From: Amoebophrya sp. A120
Taxonomy: Eukaryota > Protista > Dinoflagellata
DNA length: 23,675 nt
Direction: 5' to 3'
NCBI GenBank assembly: GCA_905178155.1
Contig: CAJINV010000003.1
Span: 8,164,040 to 8,187,714, forward strand
Under the pieces are notes generated by a model. It searched no databases. It saw nothing but the letters and a program-made list of their open reading frames with translations, and was not told where the DNA came from. Every line of letters starts with the position of its first letter. Positions within the stretch are counted from its first letter, which is position 1. The position numbers were made by a program, and so were the translations under genes. Of this stretch, positions 19,601-23,675 are shown piece after piece.

Positions 19601-22600
19601 GCGATCTCGAGCCGATTTGGTCGGCCGCGGGTGGACGGGTTGGAGAGGCCGATGACCAAATCGTCCCGAGATCGCGATCTCGAGCCGATTTGGTCGGCCG
19701 CGGGTGGACGGGTTGGAGAGGCCGATGACCAAATCGTCCCGAGATCGCGATCTCGAGCCGATTTGGTCGGCCGCGGGTGGACGGGTTGGAGAGGCCGATG
19801 ACCAAATCGTCCCGAGATCGCGATCTCGAGCCGATTTGGTCGGCCGCGGGTGGACGGGTTGGAGAGGCCGATGACCAAATCGTCCCGAGATCGCGATCTC
19901 GAGCCGATTTGGTCGGCCGCGGGTGGACGGGTTGGAGAGGCCGATGACCAAATCGTCCCGAGATCGCGATCTCGAGCCGATTTGGTCGGCCGCGGGTGGA
20001 CGGGTTGGAGAGGCCGATGACCAAATCGTCCCGAGATCGCGATCTCGAGCCGATTTGGTCGGCCGCGGGTGGACGGGTTGGAGAGGCCGATGACCAAATC
20101 GTCCCGAGATCGCGATCTCGAGCCGATTTGGTCGGCCGCGGGTGGACGGGTTGGAGAGGCCGATGACCAAATCGTCCCGAGATCGCGATCTCGAGCCGAT
20201 TTGGTCGGCCGCGGGTGGACGGGTTGGAGAGGCCGATGACCAAATCGTCCCGAGATCGCGATCTCGAGCCGATTTGGTCGGCCGCGGGTGGACGGGTTGG
20301 AGAGGCCGATGACCAAATCGTCCCGAGATCGCGATCTCGAGCCGATTTGGTCGGCCGCGGGTGGACGGGTTGGAGAGGCCGATGACCAAATCGTCCCGAG
20401 ATCGCGATCTCGAGCCGATTTGGTCGGCCGCGGGTGGACGGGTTGGAGAGGCCGATGACCAAATCGTCCCGAGATCGCGATCTCGAGCCGATTTGGTCGG
20501 CCGCGGGTGGACGGGTTGGAGAGGCCGATGACCAAATCGGCCCGAGATCGCGATCTCGAGCCGATTTGGTCGGCCGCGGGGGGACGGGTTGGAGAGGCCG
20601 ATGACCAAATCGGCTCGAGATCACTCCGAGCTGGAGTGGGAGTGGTGGGGCTGGTCAGCTGCTGCCCAAATCGTCTCGCGCCGATTTGGTCATCCGCGGG
20701 TGGACGCCCCTTGCACCCCGAGCTAGGTCGGGGAGTCGTGGGGTTGGGTCATGCGCCGGGTTGGGTTGGAGAGGGCGACCAAATCGGCGCGAGACCGCGA
20801 TCTCGGGCCTGTTTGGCTTCCGTTTCGTTGTTTGGGGGCCTTAACCCGCCGACCTGAGTCTGCGACTTCGCAGAAAACGCGGGCCGTGTTTTCCGCAAAG
20901 TCGCAGTTTCAGGGCGGCGGGTTAAGGCCCCCAAACAACGAAACGGAAACCAGCCAGGCCCGAGATCGCGGCCCCGGACCGGTGGGGGCGCGGCTGAGGA
21001 AATCGGCTCGAGCCCGCGTTCTCGGGCCTTTTTTTAGTCCGATATCGTTGCCCTCGTTCATTTTCGGAAATCGCCGGAAGCCACAACGAATTCGATTTTG
21101 AGAAATCGCCGGAAGCCACAACGAGTTCGGTGTTGCTAACACCAAATACAAGCACCATACCAACAACTTACGCGCCCAAGGAATTAACAGTTGCTCAAGC
21201 TGTAACTCAGAGGTTGATTGCTGGCACCGGTTGCCTTCGGGCTGGAATGGCCCTGTAGTGATTCAAGTACTAAAAATGACGCGCTGACCACGTCGACGAA
21301 AAACAAAAACTGAATAAAGAATCATGTTCCCATCAGCGTCCGTCCACCGTTCCGGGTGATGATCCTGTCGCTGCGCGGAGGGACGAGTGCGTTGTCGAGC
21401 TGAGCTCTACTCGGTACGCCAACCACTGGATTTTGCGGGACTTGCCGAAGCGGTTCGTGGGAACAACCAGTGCCTTGTGGATGGTGCACGACAAGATCAG
21501 CCAGCGCATGCAGTCTTTCCTGGTGAGCCGCCCGAACAGCCTGCCGCAGCTGATCGGGCTGGACCAAACCATTTTCGGGTGCCAGTTCGGTATCTCGCGC
21601 AAGTACCCGGAGACAATGCAGCTGCTGCTCAACTTCGCGACGCACTACTGTGAGGAAATGATCCGGAACCCCGGGAAACGCGTCGGCGCGGTGGGGACGG
21701 ACATTTTGTCCAATGACGTCGAAGAGACCACAGTGAGCGACATGTGGGAGGAAAAATTGGAACACGAGCTCAAGAGGAGAAAGGCACAGCAAACGAGGGT
21801 GTTGCAGGAGGCCGATTTGGATGAAGAAGTTGGTACATTTTTACTTGCTTTTATTCAGACGACGCCTACTATTCCATTCTATTTCGACACCAGAACCCGG
21901 GATCATGAGCAAGTGCACCTATTTGTTGCGATGCAGTCTATCTGACGAGACATCGCTGATGAACCTATGACTGGAACAAGCAAGAACAAGATTGATCGTG
22001 TTTGTCGAAACATGAAGTTGTGAGTAAACACCAGCAGCAACAGGAGGAGCGTATGATTGAAGACGAAGCTTGTGCAGACGTAGCTAGTTCTGGGGGATCT
22101 AACTATATAGATCCTTGTGCCTCTATGCATATTGAAGTTGTCAACATGTCTGTGATTGAGTGAATAAAATAAACGCAACGATCTTTAGGAAATATCGGCG
22201 GCTTTCCAGTGCGTGCGCTGACAGCAGGCCGAGAGAGCATGAGCTGTGCGAGTGCATCGGCAAAAGCACCGGCGTCTTCCTCACAGAACAAGGAGAACCA
22301 GAACAACTACACCGACGATTTTGCCGCCCTCTTTGCGAGCAGTGGCTGGCCCCTCCCTGCCGAAACCGCTGGAGGCGCTACGTCCAGCACGAGCAGAATG
22401 CCCCCAAAATCCGCCCCGTCCCGCTCGAAGCTTCGCTCGCGGCCCGTGGGACGAGGAGCCTCGGGAAGCGTGTCTTCGTTGTTCAAGGAAGAAGACACAG
22501 GCTTCGTGGCGACCATACGAAAAGCTTTGGAGACCACTGAGGTGAATCTCATGGACCACACGCGAACTCTATCCCCAGTGAGTTTCGCGTACACGTACAA

Positions 22601-22885
22601 AAAGTTCGGTTCTTGCATGACAAAACTTGCTTTATTCAATGCTAAGTAGCCCGCATGAAATAAATTGTCAAAACTTGTGATGCATTTATTTAAACGTGTG
22701 TGCGGGAAATTTGTGTTGCATAAACGTTCTCGAAGGTGGAGATCCGTAAGATGCTCCACCCCGAGGCCGACGTGCAAGCGATTACACCCTACGTGCCGCC
22801 CAAGGTGGTGCGGGTCGTGTCAAGAGGGGCCAAACCTTTTACGCGGTGGAAGTACTACGAGCAGCTTGAAAAGTACAGGCTCTGA
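16682..22885 (+). CDS. Hypothetical protein with a degenerate class I glutamine amidotransferase-like N-terminal domain. Exons 16682 to ~16786, ~16975-17318, 17497-17641, 21337-21832, 22189-22569, 22728 to ~22885; 3' end uncertain
   Basis: MRVLIVDGF, LDMIFIG and PTFATGFASHLI echo the GATase1 strand and elbow pattern but lack the catalytic Cys. Phase-compatible GTAC...AG introns at 17319-17496, 17642-21336 and 21833-22188. A possible further donor lies at 22873. Confidence 0.6.
18486..20602. repeat. 73-bp tandem satellite, 29 full units, intronic, with degenerate copies at ~17980-18485 and 20603-20810
   Basis: Unit gaccaaatcgtcccgagatcgcgatctcgagccgatttggtcggccgcgggtggacgggttggagaggccgat. Unit starts at 18486, 18851 and 20603 fit the 73-bp period exactly. 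Confidence 0.97.
20795..20971. repeat. Long near-perfect inverted repeat (hairpin of about 177 bp)
   Basis: ccgcgatctcgggcctg...ttccgtttcgttgtttgggggccttaacccgccg...ctgcgact...gaaaac pairs with gttttc...agtcgcag...cggcgggttaaggcccccaaacaacgaaacggaa...caggcccgagatcgcgg. The loop is near 20883. Confidence 0.92.
21067..21124. repeat. Short direct duplication (23 bp, two copies)
   Basis: gaaatcgccggaagccacaacga at 21067 and 21102. Confidence 0.85.
22570..22727 (+). mobile_element. Probable introner-like intron, 158 nt (a GT-AG alternative at 22578-22735 is also in frame)
   Basis: tatccccagtgagtttcgcgtacac pairs in register with gtgtgcgggaaatttgtgttgcata. Pentamers are AACTC/AACGT, and the internal family motifs gcatgacaa and aacttgtgatgc are present. 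The join gives TLSKVEIRKMLHPE. Confidence 0.6.
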
Positions 22886-23145
22886 TTTATTCTAGTATTT
22901 CCGAAGACTCCGGAGCGTAATTTTCGCCTCTCTTTTTTTAGGTCTTGTTCTTCCGTCGAAAGCCAGACTGAGCTGTTTTTCGGCCTGTTTTTGTACTTTC
23001 AATATTGCACCAATAGGACGAAGTCGCAGGTGGCGAAGCTAGACTTAATGGTCGAAATACGAGCACTGCACCATCGAAAATGTAGTAAACTGAACACAGC
23101 TTTGAGCGGGCAGCTGCGAGTAGCAGACCACCTAGTAGGGTAACG

Positions 23146-23265
23146 ATGTCTTCGCAATCTGCGACCAGACCTCTCCACCCGACTGAGTATCGATTGCCGC
23201 CAGACCAGACAACGGACCCGTTTGCCCAGTTGGATGGCCGAGTGGTGGAGCGGCTTCCGGGCAAG
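23146..23265 (+). CDS. First exon of a further gene, possibly RP2/TBCC-domain-like (partial)
   Basis: ATG plus 39 further open codons (MSSQSATRPLHPTEYRL...LDGRVVERLPGK), ending at an AAG|GTACGG donor. The P-x-E-Y...V-x-RLPG pattern recalls the RP2 N-terminus, from memory only. Confidence 0.4.
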
Positions 23266-23563
23266 GTACGGCTCTTGACCTGCGGCCTGCATTGTATGTG
23301 CAAGTATTGCTAAGATGAATAAAGGGGCAGGAAAAAACTCGTGTGCTCTCCATAACAAACTAGAAACCACTTATAGTATTGTCCGCACTTCTATAGAAAC
23401 GACAGCACTTCTTCCGCCGCGTCTTTCCAAAGCCAACAGCTACCTACTCAAGCTATAATGAGACTCCAGGGACGTAGAAGAATAGGAGTCGATAAGGGAA
23501 CAATCTAAGGCTTAGAGTCGAACAGATTCAAATCATCATCTGGTAACCAAATGCGTGCGCGCG

Positions 23564-23614
23564 CGCGCGCAGAGCGCGCGCCGGCCCACGAAGCCGGCGC
23601 GCGCGCTCTGCGCG
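23564..23614. repeat. GC-rich hairpin with alternating CG tracts
   Basis: gcgcgcagagcgcgcgccggc-ccacgaa-gccggcgcgcgcgctctgcgcgc, preceded by a (gc)n run. Confidence 0.8.
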
Positions 23615-23675
23615 CTTGCGATATTGCTTAGCAAACGCAGCGCGAAGGCAGTTGCCGTTACCATATAGGGCAACC

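Noticed and set aside
18486-20602. CRISPR array
   Set aside because: The sequence between palindromes is identical rather than unique spacers, no cas genes are present, and the context is eukaryotic.
17468-20624. Three overlapping ~900-1046 aa minus-strand ORFs
   Set aside because: Artefact of a 73-bp unit with no stop on that strand. All three frames give the same cyclic peptide, and the region lies in an intron of a plus-strand gene.
21250-21261. tgtagtg as a CACTA element 3' end
   Set aside because: No matching CACTA terminus with a 3-bp TSD was found in the same intron.
23651-23675. RFX X-box-like gttacc...ggcaac
   Set aside because: The spacing does not fit the consensus, it lies downstream of the first exon, and it is truncated by the window edge.

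Overview
Eukaryotic (protist-like) genomic DNA with five intron-containing genes, all on the + strand: a secreted/Golgi nucleotide-diphospho-sugar (GT77-like) glycosyltransferase (690-6012), an unknown protein with two Sfi1-like repeats (6660-8771), a two-RRM hnRNP/Hrp1-like protein (9934-12618), a degenerate class I glutamine amidotransferase-like protein (16682 to about 22885), and the first exon of a possible RP2/TBCC-like gene (23146 onward). The main signal is that two intron classes coexist. One class is GT-AG introns, whose donors are almost always GTAC. The other class comprises at least six non-canonical introns built like TIR transposons: 5-bp direct repeat, TAT...inverted repeat...ATA, 5-bp direct repeat. 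Removing the element plus one repeat copy restores the reading frame each time. This resembles the introner elements described in the parasitic dinoflagellate Amoebophrya; the taxon is my inference. Other content: a 29-copy 73-bp palindromic satellite and a ~177-bp hairpin inside a 3.7-kb intron, a 1.6-kb non-coding TIR element flanked by a 33-bp direct repeat, and a 197-bp tandem repeat at the left edge. All gene models were spliced by eye, with no transcript or database support.
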